From: Chiloscyllium plagiosum
Taxonomy: Eukaryota
DNA length: 64,000 nt
Direction of reading: 5' to 3'
NCBI RefSeq assembly: GCF_004010195.1
Contig: NC_057750.1
Span: forward strand, 2,046,929-2,110,928
In this document: piece after piece, positions 1-11,664 of the stretch
Layout of the letters: every line of letters starts with the position of its first letter
Position numbering within the stretch: the first letter of the stretch is position 1
Translations under genes and position numbers: made by a program
Notes under the pieces: model-generated
Seen by the model: only the letters and a program-made list of their open reading frames with translations
What the model was told of the DNA's origin: nothing
Databases searched by the model: none

Positions 1-294
1 AGAACTCTGTAAGCACAGAGTTAGGAAACCAGCAATACTCTCACCTACTTCCTTTTAAAACCTTGGGATGCACGTTATCTGGTTCTGGGGATTCTTCTCT
101 CTTTCATGCGTTTCATTTCCATACTGTTATTTTGCTGGTGTTAGTTTTGGTTTATCCCTGACTCTGATTTGATAATTACATTGTGAGTTTTACAACAATT
201 GGCAGTAGTTTCGCCCTCACCATTAGGCTAGGCTTTTTCATTCCACGTTTTTATTGAATTCAGATTTTGAATTCTTAGACGTTTAAAGTATTGC

Positions 295-810
295 ATTCAA
301 TTCTGTTTGCCACATTGCAGGAAGGATGTGAAGGCTTTGGAGAAGGTGCAGTAGAGGTTTACCTGAATGCTGCCTGGATTAGAAGGAATGAGCTGTAAGG
401 CGTGGCTAGACAAACATGGGCTGTTTTCTCTGGAGTTTGAATAGAAGTCTATAAAATGATGAGATACATAGATAGGGTTGACGATCAGAATCTTTTTCCC
501 AGAGTTGAAATGTCTAATACTATGGGGCATGGATTTAAGGTGAGCGAGGGAAAGTTCAAAAGGAGATGTGAGGGGCAAGTCTTTTTCCTACAGAGAGTGG
601 TAGGAGTCTGAAGCGTGCTGCCAGGGATGGTGATGGAGGCAGATACGATCAGGCCGGTTTAAGAGACTTTTAAATAAGCACATGGATATGCAAGGAATGG
701 AGGGATGTGGACCAAGGGCAAGCAGAAGGGACTGGTTTAATTTGATGTCATGTTCGGCACAGCATGGTGGGCCGAAGGGCATGTTCATGTGCTGTACTGT
801 TCTATGTTCA
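295..810 (+). mobile_element. CR1 LINE 3' fragment
   Basis: AGGAAGGATGTGAAGGCTTTGGAGAAGGTGCAG... ending in TGTTCTATGTTC. Confidence 0.85.
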
Positions 811-1162
811 AGATTATCTTCAGAACATTAGTCTGAGGTCTTGATTACGAGTCCAGTGACATGACCACTACAGTACCTGCCGCCACTTCCTTGTACTTTG
901 TGCTTATATGAAGAACGCACATTTGGGCCACACCACCTCACCTGTCTTCCTGCTGTAATGCACTGCTAGCATGTTTATTCCTCTTTCCCTGTTTAATTGC
1001 TCCATGCCTGTTGAATTTTCCGTTGCTTGTAATGCCTAAAAAATTATTTCTGGCTGCTTCTCTGCTCTCTTCCCATTTGCTTGTTGTTTTCTTTTGAGCT
1101 GTTGTGAAGATTATCTTTTTCCTACTAGGTCAGAAAATTGTAGGTTCAAGTTACAGTCTAGA

Positions 1163-1565
1163 TAGAACATAGAAGAATACAGCGCAGTACAGGCCCTTTG
1201 GCCCTCGATGTTGCGCCGATCTCTCACTGTCGACCCTATCTAAACCCCTAATCATCTTGTACACCTCTGTCAAGTCACCCCTAAACCTTCTTTTCTCCAA
1301 TGAAAACAACCCCAGGTGCCTCAGCCTTTCCTCATACGATCTTTCTACCATACCAGGCAACATCCTGGTAATCCTCCTCTGCACCCGTTCCAGTGCCTCC
1401 ACATCTTTCCTATAGTATGGCGACCAAAACTGCACACAATACTCCAGATGCGGCCGCACCAGAGTCTTATACAACTGCAACATGACCTCAGTACTCCGGA
1501 ACTCAATTCCTCTACCAATAAAAGCCAGTACGCCATATGCCTCCTTCACCGCACTATTTACCTGC
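1163..1565 (-). mobile_element. CR1 LINE 3' fragment, young subfamily (same terminus as 6248-6552)
   Basis: Open ORF2 C-terminal peptide LYKTLVRPHLEYCVQFWSP...VQRRITRMLPG. The terminal ~55 nt are identical to the copy nested at 6248. Confidence 0.9.
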
Positions 1566-2954
1566 TTAAAGCCACAATCTAGGCTGAAACTGCAGCTCAG
1601 TACTGAGGGATTGCTTCAATGTCTGAAGTGCTGTCAATTGGATGCACTTCCACCCCTCTCCACTCCGCCCCACAGTGTAAATACTTGAGACACTTCTGAG
1701 AAATCCTCCCCTTACAATGTTAACACACTCCCTTACATTAACCCAACCCAAACCCCCCCCCCCCCCCATCCCGCTGCCTTGCTTTTCCCCTCCCTCTTGT
1801 ACTCTACCCTTGTAAACACTACTGGCACGCCCAGGGATTCCAGTGTATAAACATTGGATCTAACCAGCAGCTCACATGAGTACGGCAGCTGAGTGAATTC
1901 CTTTTTTAAGAATGGATGGGAGGAGAATGAAAAACATAATTGCGAAGTTTGATTGAAGGTTTGAGATTTAACCCTTTTACCGAGTCTAATTTAATCAGGG
2001 GCCTTTTATATCACATGCTGCTGGTAATTTTTAGCAGGAGATTTATCACCACTCTGAAAGCTGCCTCCTCCAGAATCATTGTTAGGTTTTTTTATGAATG
2101 GCAGTCATGTGCCAACCTCCTTGCCTGACTGCTATGTGATAGCTGTTTCAGGCAGTAATTACATTGGAGTGTGATCACTGTAACACACTTGCTGATTTTG
2201 GGTGGAATTAAGCCTTCAGCAAGAAATGAAGCTGGAAAAGGAGGAATGGCTTAGTTGCATGATGCAATTTCGAAGGATGGACTGAGAGAAGTGCAGGAGA
2301 CTGCTGTACATAAACATGGTATCTTGGGAACCTAGCACTAGATAATTTCTCACCACGCTACATGTCTGTTCCTCCCACTGTTCCACTGCTCCAGCTATTT
2401 AATTTTAAAACTTTCTTCAGATATTTCCTTTGTTCACACGTTTTTGGTACATGCCCCTGAGTTTGTTTTTGCTGGAGCAGAACTGGTGGCTCCAAACTCT
2501 TCCTCTCCAGTCATCATTAGTTGTGAGGACAGAGTTAATGCTGTATAACCACAAGACCATCACAAGACAACTCCAGCTCTAAAAGCCAACGTATGTACGT
2601 CAAGTTCTTGTAGCCTCTGCTGGATACAATAATCAGGAGTATTTTCTCCTCTTGACTTTTCCCCTTTATTAATTTGAGACAGAGGCAATTCTGCTCCAAC
2701 CTCACTGCTGCCAAACTACCCGTTCCTATCCAAGGGCTGTTTTTATTGAAAACAGTGGAGCTCATTAATACAGACCGTACTGATAATCTCTCACTCAAAG
2801 AAGCAAATTTCTCTTGGTGCCAAATGTCCGAATAGTAAATGATAAATCCAGATAAATTAACCCTTGTTTTTTGTTTTGAAATGTTGTTGGTCTTGGTTAG
2901 TCCCTTGGAATCCAGCTTTTTGGATTGTTGACCAATTGTAGCAAGGAAGCAATA

Positions 2955-3146
2955 AGGAGAAGGCGAGGCCTGCAGATGCTGGAGATCAGAGTCGAAAAAT
3001 GCAGGTCAGGCAGCATCCGACGAGCATGAGAATCGTAATTTCAGGCATAAACTCCTTATCAGGATTCCTCATGCCCAAAATGTCAATACTCCTGCTCCTC
3101 AGATGCTGCCTGACCTGTTGTTCTTTGCCAGCACCACACTTTTTGA
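2955..3146. mobile_element. Palindromic PLE-derived mini-element (family A), diverged
   Basis: Same tail and arms as 5231-5408. CAAG(G/C)AAGCAATA duplicated at 2942-2954 and 3147-3159. Confidence 0.8.
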
Positions 3147-5036
3147 CAAGCAAGCAATACATCTACAAGAGACCCAAGTAGGAGATGAGCTGTGTATCAG
3201 TAACTATACTTTTTGAGTAGGCTATGCTTACCACACCTTGAAATGTAGTGGAGGTAATTGCATAGTAATGATGTCACTGAGTTAGTAAACCAGGGGCCGA
3301 GGCTAATGCTCTGGGAACTTGGATTCTGATCCCATTATGGCAGGTAGTCATAGAGATGTACAGCATGGAAACAGACCCTTTGATCCAACTGGTCCATGCC
3401 AACCAGATATCCTAAATTAATCTCATCCCATTGGCCTTTATTCCTCTCAACCCTTCCTATTCATATACCTATCCAGATGCCTTTAAAATATTGTCATTGT
3501 ATCTGCCTCCACCACTTCTCTGGCAGCACGTTCCATAAATGTACCACCCTCTGTGTGAAAAGGTTGCCCCTTAGGTTCCTTTTAAATCTTTCTGCTCTCA
3601 CCTTAAACCAATGTCCTCTAATTCTGGACACCCCCATCCCAGGGAAAAGTGTGAATTTAATTAATGTATCTGAAATTAGTGTCAAATACAAATTATTGTC
3701 TTTTTGTTCTAAAATCCCATATAGTTCGCTAATATGTGGGCGGTATGATGGCTCAGTGGATACCACTGCTGCCTCACACTGCCAGGGACCCGGGTCCAAT
3801 TACACCCTCTGACAACTATCTGTATGGAGTTTGCACATTTTCCACATGTCTGTGTGGGTTTCCTGGTTTCACTCCTTTCAAGGACAGTCCAGGGCAAATG
3901 ATAGATGTTGGCTTTACCAGTGACACCCACAGCCCATTGAAAGAACAAAGGTAACTCCTACACATTATCCCAATATGCAGTAAGTTGGCAGGGCCCAGCT
4001 GTTGTTAATTTGAATCTGAACCTTCATGTACTGATGGCTGTTGGTGAGTGGAGAGTCTCAGGAATTCTGCATTAGCAGCTTTCACGAAAAGCTACTATAT
4101 AAATGTAGAAACCGATCCCATTGTGCTTCTGAACTGTTAACAAATAAAATTTGACAGCCCACTTGAAGATGCATTAGGACAGGTGATCAGAGAATTGGTA
4201 AAAACAGCTAGGTGTTGAGCAATGCCTTAAGAGAAGGAGATAAAAGTGGAGAGAACTCCAGATTTTATTGCTCAGGCAGCTACAGGCATGATTCTACATT
4301 GCAGCAATGGACATCAGAGGATGCATAAGAGTCTGGAATTGGATAAATGTGGGAGATATTAAAGGGCGGTGGGATTAGAGGTTTAGTTGGTGATGTGGCA
4401 AAATTCTTTGAGTTAGGGAACAGTGTACTGACGTAGTGCTGTAAATGGTGAACGTTTGCCTCTTTGGAGCAGGCTAAAATTATGATGGTGCTGTATTTTA
4501 TTCACTTGTGAGACGTGGGTGTCACTGGCTGGGCCAGCATTTATTGCTTGTCCCTAGATGCCCCCTTGAGAAGGTGATGGTGAGCTGCCTTCTTGGACTG
4601 TTACAGTCCATCTGTTTTAGATAGACCCATAATGCTTTTAGGGAATTCCAGAATTCTGACCAGCGACAGTGAAGGAACAACGATATATTTCAGAGTTAGG
4701 ATGGTGAGTGGCTTGGAAGGATCATGCAGGGGGTAGTGTTCCCATGTATCTGCTGCCCTTGTCCTTCTAGATTTTAAATGCTAATGGATTTTGAAGCTGC
4801 TATGTTAAGGAGCCTGGGTAAATTTCTGCAGCACATCATGTAGATGATACAGGTCATTTTGGTATAACATGACAGTTGTGTTCTTCTGCAACCTCACGCT
4901 ATAGAAAATTGCACTATAGAAGGTTGCCAATAGAAAGTCGCTATACCCATTCAGTGGAAAGTTTCCTTAATTCAAATGGCATCCACAATTCATCTGTTAT
5001 ATTATAGCCAATCTGTGTTGACGAAACACACATTAA

Positions 5037-5570
5037 GGGTGGCACGGTGGCTCAGTGATTAGCACTGCTGCCTCACAACGCCAGGGACCCGGGTTTGGTT
5101 CCAGCCTTGGGAAATTCTGTGTGGAGTTTGCATATTCTCCCCATGTCTGCATGGGTTTCCTCTGGGTGCTTGGTTTCCTCCCACAGTCACAAAGATGTGC
5201 AGGTTAGGTGAATTGGCAATGCTAAATTACTGAGGAGAAAGTGAGGTCTGCAGATGCTGGAGATCAGAGCTGAAAATGTGTTGCTGGAAAAGCGCAGCAG
5301 GTCAGGCAGCATCCAGGGAACAGGAGAAGGGCTTATGCCCGAAACGTCGATTCTCCTGTTCCCTGGATGCTGCCTGACCTGCTGCGCTTTTCCAGCAACA
5401 CATTTTCAATGCTAAATTACCCATAGTGATCAGGGTTGTGTAGGTTAGGTGCATTAGTCCGGGATAAATATAAGGAAAGGGAATGGGTCTGCGTGGGTTA
5501 CTCTTCGGAGGGTCGGTGTGGACTTGTTGGGCTAAAGGGCCTGTTTCCACACTACAAGGAATCTATGATC
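5037..5570 (+). mobile_element. HE1-like tRNA-derived V-SINE (interrupted at 5231-5408)
   Basis: A-box TGGCTCAGTGA, V-domain GTGTGGAGTTTGCATATTCTCCCC...GGTTTCCTCCCACAGTC and a CR1-like tail. Confidence 0.85.
5231..5408. mobile_element. Palindromic PLE-derived mini-element (family A) inserted in a SINE
   Basis: Perfect 58-bp inverted repeat 5271-5328 / 5351-5408 with a 22-nt spacer and a 40-nt unpaired left tail. ATGCTAAATTAC duplicated at 5219-5230 and 5409-5420. Confidence 0.9.
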
Positions 5571-6055
5571 TTGTTTAATATTTTACTAGAACAACCTATA
5601 CACAGGTAGGTGATGCTTGTGGATGTAATGCCAATCAAGCAGGCTGCTTTGTCCTGGATGTTATCGAGCTGCTTGAGTAGTTGGAGCTGAACCCATCCAG
5701 GGGAGTATTCCATCACACTCCTGACTCATGCCTAGATGGGGGTGGACAGGCCTTAGGGAGGTCGAAGATGAGTTGCTTCAGGATTCATAGCCACTATATT
5801 TGGATTGCTAGTCCAGATTCTGGTCAGTAGTAACCCCAAGATGTTGATAGTGGATTCAGTGATGGTAGTGCCATCAACTGCCATGGTGCGCTAGTTAAGT
5901 TATCACTTATTGGAGATGGCCAAAGCCTTTCTCTTGTGTGTCATGAATATTACTTGTCAGTTTTCAGCCCAAGCCTGGGTTTTGTCTAGATTTTGTATTT
6001 GGACATGGACTGATTCAGTACCTGAAGAATCTTGAACAGTGCTGAACATTATCCA

Positions 6056-9000
6056 TGTTGTGGAGGAGCCGGTACTGGACTGGGTGGACAAAGTTAAAAA
6101 TCACGCAACACCAGGTTATAGCACAACAGGTTTGTTTAGAATCATTAGCTTTTTGAGCACTGCTCCTTCGTCAGGTAGTTGTGAAGCAGGACCATAAGAC
6201 ACAGAATTTATAGTAAAAGATTATATTGTCATGCAACTGAAATGAGAGAGAACATAGAAGAATACAGCGCAGTACAGGCCCTTTGGCCCTCGATGTTGCG
6301 CCGATCCAAGCCCACTATCCTCCATATGCCTATCCAATGCCCGCTTAAATGCCCATAATGAGGGAGAGTCCACCACTGCTACTGGCAGGGCATTCCATGA
6401 ACTCACGACTCGCTGAGTAAAGAACCTACCCCTAACATCTGTCCTATACCTACCACCCCTTAATTTAAAGTTATGCCCCCTCGTAATAGCTGACTCCATA
6501 CGTGGAAAAAGGTTCTCACGGTCAACCCTATCTAAACCCCTAATCATCTTGTAAACAACCTTCAATCGTTGTTAAGTCTTTCATCTTTTAAAATGGGTTG
6601 CAGGCTTCATTTCATTAATATGTAAATCCCAGAACTTCTTTTAAGTCATAATCTCAAGATAATTTAAAGCTTTATACATAAAGGAGACATCTCAGCTCAG
6701 ACAATGCATTTAAGGTATGAGGTTCCAGTCTGTCTGTATCCCAATCTTGAGTCAGACTGGTTCTATTTCCAAAGAAGGAATTTATAAAATATTACATGGA
6801 TTGACTGCCTGCAAGTTGTGCATTTTTAGAGCAAAATAGATTGTATCTGTAAATATAATTCAGCAAATACAAATTCACCCCATAGATGTGTGTGTGTGCA
6901 GGAGAGAGAAAGTATGAGTGCACATGAGAGAGTATGTGTTTGCATGTGTACAAGCTTGGTAAAGTGTGAGTGTGGGTTATAAGCCTGTGAGGGAGTGCAT
7001 GCGTGGATGACTGTGGTGTGTGTGGGTGTGTATAGTGTAGTGAGTTGCTGAGGTGCCCATTTTTGATGGAGATGCAGGTGTCCAAGAATGTGACAGATAC
7101 TAAAGAGTAGTCCATGGTGAGTTTGATGGTGGGATGAAGCAAGTTGATATTACTGCATAGTTGTTTCGGTGACTCCGCGCCAGAAAGAAAATGTTGGCAA
7201 TATATCTGGTGTATAGTGTTGGTTGGAGGTCCTGTGCAGCAAAGAAGTCATGCTCGAACCTGTGCATGAAAATGGTGGCATATTGAGGTGCAAATTTGGT
7301 CCCCATGGCTGTTCCAAATGTCTGGATTTAGAACTGGTTGTCAAAGGTGAAAATGTTGTGGTTGAGGATGAATTGGATGAGTTGCAGGATGGTGCTCGGA
7401 GATTGGCAGTTGTTGGTACTGAGGCTGTTGCACTGATACCATCATTGTGGGGGATGCTGGTGTAGAGTGTTGAAACATCAATTGTGACAAGGAATGTTCC
7501 CAGTTCGACTGGTCTGTGGGTGCTGAGTTTCTGTAAGAAATCTGTAGTGTTGTGACAGAAACTGGGAGTCCTCTTATACAATGGGTTTCAAGATGCCTTC
7601 AAGATAGCCAGAGAGGTTGTCACACATTGTCCCATTGCCTGCTATGATGGCACATCCTGGTCTGTTAGCTTTGTGTGTCTTTGGAAGGCAGTAGAAGTCT
7701 CCTACGCGAGAAGCACGTGGGATTAGAGTACATAGGGAATTCTGAAGAACTGGATCAAAAGTCTTGATCAATGTGTTTAGTTCATGGGTGCGTTCTTTGG
7801 TCAGATCTACCACAAACCCATGGATAACCTCACGATGCTACACTTCTCTATCTTCCAACCTAAACATTAAAACAGCCATCCCCTATGGACAAGCCCTACA
7901 TATACACAGGATCTGTTCAGATCAGGAGGAATGTGACAGACCCCTGAAGGTGCTCAAGGATGTCCTCATAAGAATAGGGTATGATACTCAACTCATCGAT
8001 TGCCATTTCGGACATGTCACAATGAGAAATTGTAATTACCTACTCAGGAGACGGACACTGATAGAATACCCTTTGTTGTCCAGTACTTCCTGGGAGCTGA
8101 AGAAACTATGCCATGTTCTTCGCAGCCTGCAACACAACTGCCAAATCTTAAACACGTTATTGTTCGCAGTAAACTGCCCAGCCTTCAGGACAACATCGAC
8201 CACAACACTGTACAACCCTGTCATGGCACCCACTGCAGGACGTGTCAGAGTGTTGACATGGAGACCACCACCCACCATGTACGTGGCTGGTACTTATGTG
8301 ACTTGGCCAACATGGTCTATCTCATATGCTGCATACAAGGATGCCCTGAGGCATGGTGCACTGGCGAGACCAAGCAGACACTAGAACAACTGATGAATGG
8401 ACACCGCGCAACAATCACCAAACAGAGGTGTTCCCTTCCAGCTGGGGAACACTTCAGCAGTCAGGGACATTAAACCTTGGATCTTCAGTTGACCATCCTC
8501 CAAGGTAGACTTCAGGACAGGCAACAAAGCAAAGTAGCCGAGCAGAGGCGGATAGCCAAGTTCGGTACTCATAAGGACGGCCTAAACCGGGACCTTGGGT
8601 TCATGTCACACTACAGGTGACCCCACTACACTATACACTCTTTCACACACACATACACACCGGCTTACATACTCTCACAATCATGTAGACCCTCCCTCAT
8701 TCACACACAAACACACACACATTCTGTCTCACACACACGTTCTCACACATTCTCTCTCGCACACATTCTCTCTCGCGCGCATTCTCTCTCGCGCGCACTC
8801 TCGCTCGCGCGCACTCTCGCTCGCGCACACACTCTCTCACATACTCACACGTGCTCTCTCGCATGTACGCGCTCTCTCTCTCGCGCGTGCTCTCTCTCTC
8901 ACCCGCGCGCGCACACATTTACACTCTCACTCATGCAGACCCTCTCTCATAGTCACACACACACCCTGACCCACCCCCCGACACTCACCCACACATGCAC

Positions 9001-9587
9001 CCACTCACAGGTTTATACCCCATCACACTCACTCTCACACTTTACCAAGCTTGCACACTCGCAAGCACACACACAAACACACACTCTCTGTCTGTCTCTC
9101 TCTCACTCTCTCGCTCAGTCACTCACCCTCACGTGCGCGAGCACACAAAGGGTCAATGGGGTCAATTTGTATTTGCTGAATTATATTTGCAGATACATTG
9201 TTTTGCTCAAAAAATGCACAACCTGCAGGCAGTCAATCCAAAAATATTTTGTAAATTCCACTTTGGAAATAGAACCAGTTTGTAACCTCGCACCTTAAAT
9301 GCATTGTCTGTGCTGAGATGTCACCTTTTTTTATAAAGCTTTATCTTGAGAATGTGACTTGAAAGAAGTTCTGAGATTTACATATTAATGAACCAAAACC
9401 TGCAACTCATTCTAAAAGATGAAAGACTTAACAATTGAGGGTTGTTTAATATATCATTTCAGTTGCATGACACTGTAATCTTTTACTATGTATTGTGTGT
9501 CTTATGGTCCTGCGTCACAACTACGTGATGAAGAAGTAGTGCTTCCAAATAAACCCTGTTGGGCTATAACCTGGTGTTGTGTGATTT
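6056..9587. mobile_element. Penelope-like retroelement (RT + GIY-YIG endonuclease), degenerate, with long inverted terminal repeats
   Basis: Minus-strand RT motifs (LVTIDVSTLYTSIP, MGTKFAPQYA, RYIANIF) at ~7040-7810. Plus-strand thumb (IPYGQALHIHRICS), Cys cluster and GIY-YIG (NMVYLICC...WCTGETKQ) at ~7808-8620. 6092-7040 is an inverted copy of 8624-9587. TGAACATTATCCA duplicated at 6043-6055 and 9588-9600. Confidence 0.9.
8630..9145. repeat. Compound CA/CT/CG low-complexity tract within the PLE 3' UTR
   Basis: Mixed dinucleotide runs; a much shorter mirror version at ~6885-7035. Confidence 0.85.
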
Positions 9588-9679
9588 TGAACATTATCCA
9601 CTATATTACATGAACATCCCCAATATATTACCTTATATAAAATTAATTAGGCCATAGCAGGAGTATGATGTACAGTCTG

Positions 9680-9733
9680 GGAGAAGGTGAGGACTGCAGA
9701 TGCTGGAGATTAGAGTCAAGACTGTGTTGCTGC
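9680..9733 (-). mobile_element. Tail-only PLE family A insertion (54 bp)
   Basis: GGAGAAGGTGAGGACTGCAGATGCTGGAGA... flanked by GATGT(A/T)CAGTCTG at 9667-9679 and 9734-9746. Confidence 0.75.
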
Positions 9734-10424
9734 GATGTTCAGTCTGTTTGCCACACTATAAGAAAGATGCGGTTGCTATAGAGAGGCTGCAGAAAACATT
9801 CATGATGATGTTACCTGGACTAGAGCAATTAACTATAAAGAGAGGCTAGGGCTGTTTTCCTGAAAACAAAGACGGCTGTGTGGGGATCCTGACTGAATTT
9901 TACTAAGGCCTGGGTGCCACAGACAGTGTGTGTATATAACCAGGGAGCATAGATCTATTAAGAGCAGCAGGTTTAGAGAGGATTTGTTGAGGATGTCCTT
10001 ACCCGTGGATTGTGGTATCCGGAACTCGCTGCTTTAAAGAGTCCTCAAGACTAAAGAGCTATTTAGGTGAACACTTGAAACGCCATAACATGTGTGCCTA
10101 CTAAAATGGGATTTGATTAGATGGATGTTTGACCAGCACACAAACAATGGACTGAAGGGCCTCTTTCCATGATGTTAGAACTCAATCACTGTCTTATTAA
10201 TTGATTCAAACATGTGCATCCTAGTTTGTTGGATGGGGGCAGGATTTGGATTGTCCACTACTTCCTCTTTCCTCCTCAACCCAGAGTGCAGTTGCCTAGT
10301 ATTTATTGCCAAAACTCTGATTTAGGCATTGACAAATTGGGAATGCCTATTGAGAGTGCAATGAATGAGACTCAACACCTAAAGGAAAGATGGACTTCAG
10401 ATGAAAAGATATGCAGGATCCACT

Positions 10425-11113
10425 GAACAATAGGTACAGTTAGTAAGTTTGCAGATGACACCAAAATTGGAGGTGTAGTGGACAGCGAAGAAGTGGACCA
10501 GATGGGCCAATGGGCTGAGAAGTGGCAGATGGAGTTTAATTCAGATAAATGCAAGGTTGGGAAAGCAAATCTTAGCAGGACTTATACACTTAATGGTAAG
10601 GTCCTAGGGAGTGTTGCTGAACAAAGAGACCTTGGANNNNNNNNNNNNNNNNNNNNNNNNNNNNNNNNNNNNNNNNNNNNNNNNNNNNNNNNNNNNNNNN
10701 NNNNNNNNNNNNNNNNNNNNNNNNNNNNNNNNNNNNNNNNNNNNNNNNNNNNNNNNNNNNNNNNNNNNNNNNNNNNNNNNNNNNNNNNNNNNNNNNNNNN
10801 NNNNNNNNNNNNNNNNNNNNNNNNNNNNNNNNNNNNNNNNNNNNNNNNNNNNNNNNNNNNNNNNNNNNNNNNNNNNNNNNNNNNNNNNNNNNNNNNNNNN
10901 NNNNNNNNNNNNNNNNNNNNNNNNNNNNNNNNNNNNNNTGAGCTGCCAGAGGATGTGGTGGAGGCTGGTACAATTGCAACATTTAAGAGGCATCTGGATA
11001 GGTATATGAATAGGAAGGGTTTGGAGGGATATGTGCCGGGTGCTGGCAGGTGGGACTAGATTGGGTTGGGATATCTGGTCGGCATGGACCATGCTGTACA
11101 TCTCTATGACTCT
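10425..11113 (+). mobile_element. CR1 LINE fragment spanning gap 10637-10938
   Basis: SKFADDT, WQMEFNSDKC and ELPEDVVEAGTI motifs. Confidence 0.85.
10637..10938. other. Assembly gap (further gaps at 45009-45160 and 56925-57350)
   Basis: Runs of N, all inside transposon copies. Confidence 1.
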
Positions 11114-11664
11114 AATAAATGGCTCTTATCTTGGCGCAGGGTTCCTGTGCAGGACCTTGCCAGATCTTAAATACTAAATTAGTTGTCAAGTTACAAGTGA
11201 AAAATCTTTTTGGCATCGAGTAATCTAATTTCTTTTGAAGTAGGTCCAATGTGTTTGTGTTTATATTAGAAGAAGCTTTGTTTGTGAGAGGGCAGGGACT
11301 CTGGCTCATGGAGTTCCCAAGTGAGGTTTGACAGTGTATTGAGTGCAGTCAGGAGTCAGGTGCTGATGATATCAGGGCAATCTGTATGTAGCATTGAAAG
11401 AAAGCAAAGTAGTGTGGCTGTTTAGTGACCTCTTGACAAGTGTGGACTTCTTGTTTAGTAATCCCTCGAGCTGAATTGTACAGTGCATGTCATGTTTGAA
11501 ATGGAATCCACTCATTGCTTTTGTTTATGGTTTATGTGCAAGAGAGGCTGTGGTAGCATCCCCAGCTCCAGGCCAGAAAGTTGAGTTTAAGTTCCATTCT
11601 AGCGACTTGTACACAAAAACCAAAGCTGACTGTCCCTGTGGAGTATCGAGGAAGTGCTGCATTG

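Larger units (their letters stand above)
4850..5598. mobile_element. Putative Tc1/mariner-pogo type MITE
   Basis: TA|CAGGTCATTTTGGTA ... TACTAGAACAACCTA|TA imperfect terminal inverted repeats with flanking TA. The host reads TAGATGA-TA-CAC after removal. Confidence 0.5.
4497..6055 (-). mobile_element. LINE 3' fragment (CR1/L2 group) hosting nested MITE, SINE and PLE insertions; related copies at ~32430-32860 and ~27510-27830
   Basis: Starts with CACTGGCTGGGCCAGCATTTATTG. The sequence continues across the inserts at 4850-5598 and 6056-9587. Confidence 0.65.

Noticed and set aside
8595..9298. His/Thr/Arg-rich ORFs
   Set aside because: Translation artefacts of dinucleotide microsatellites.
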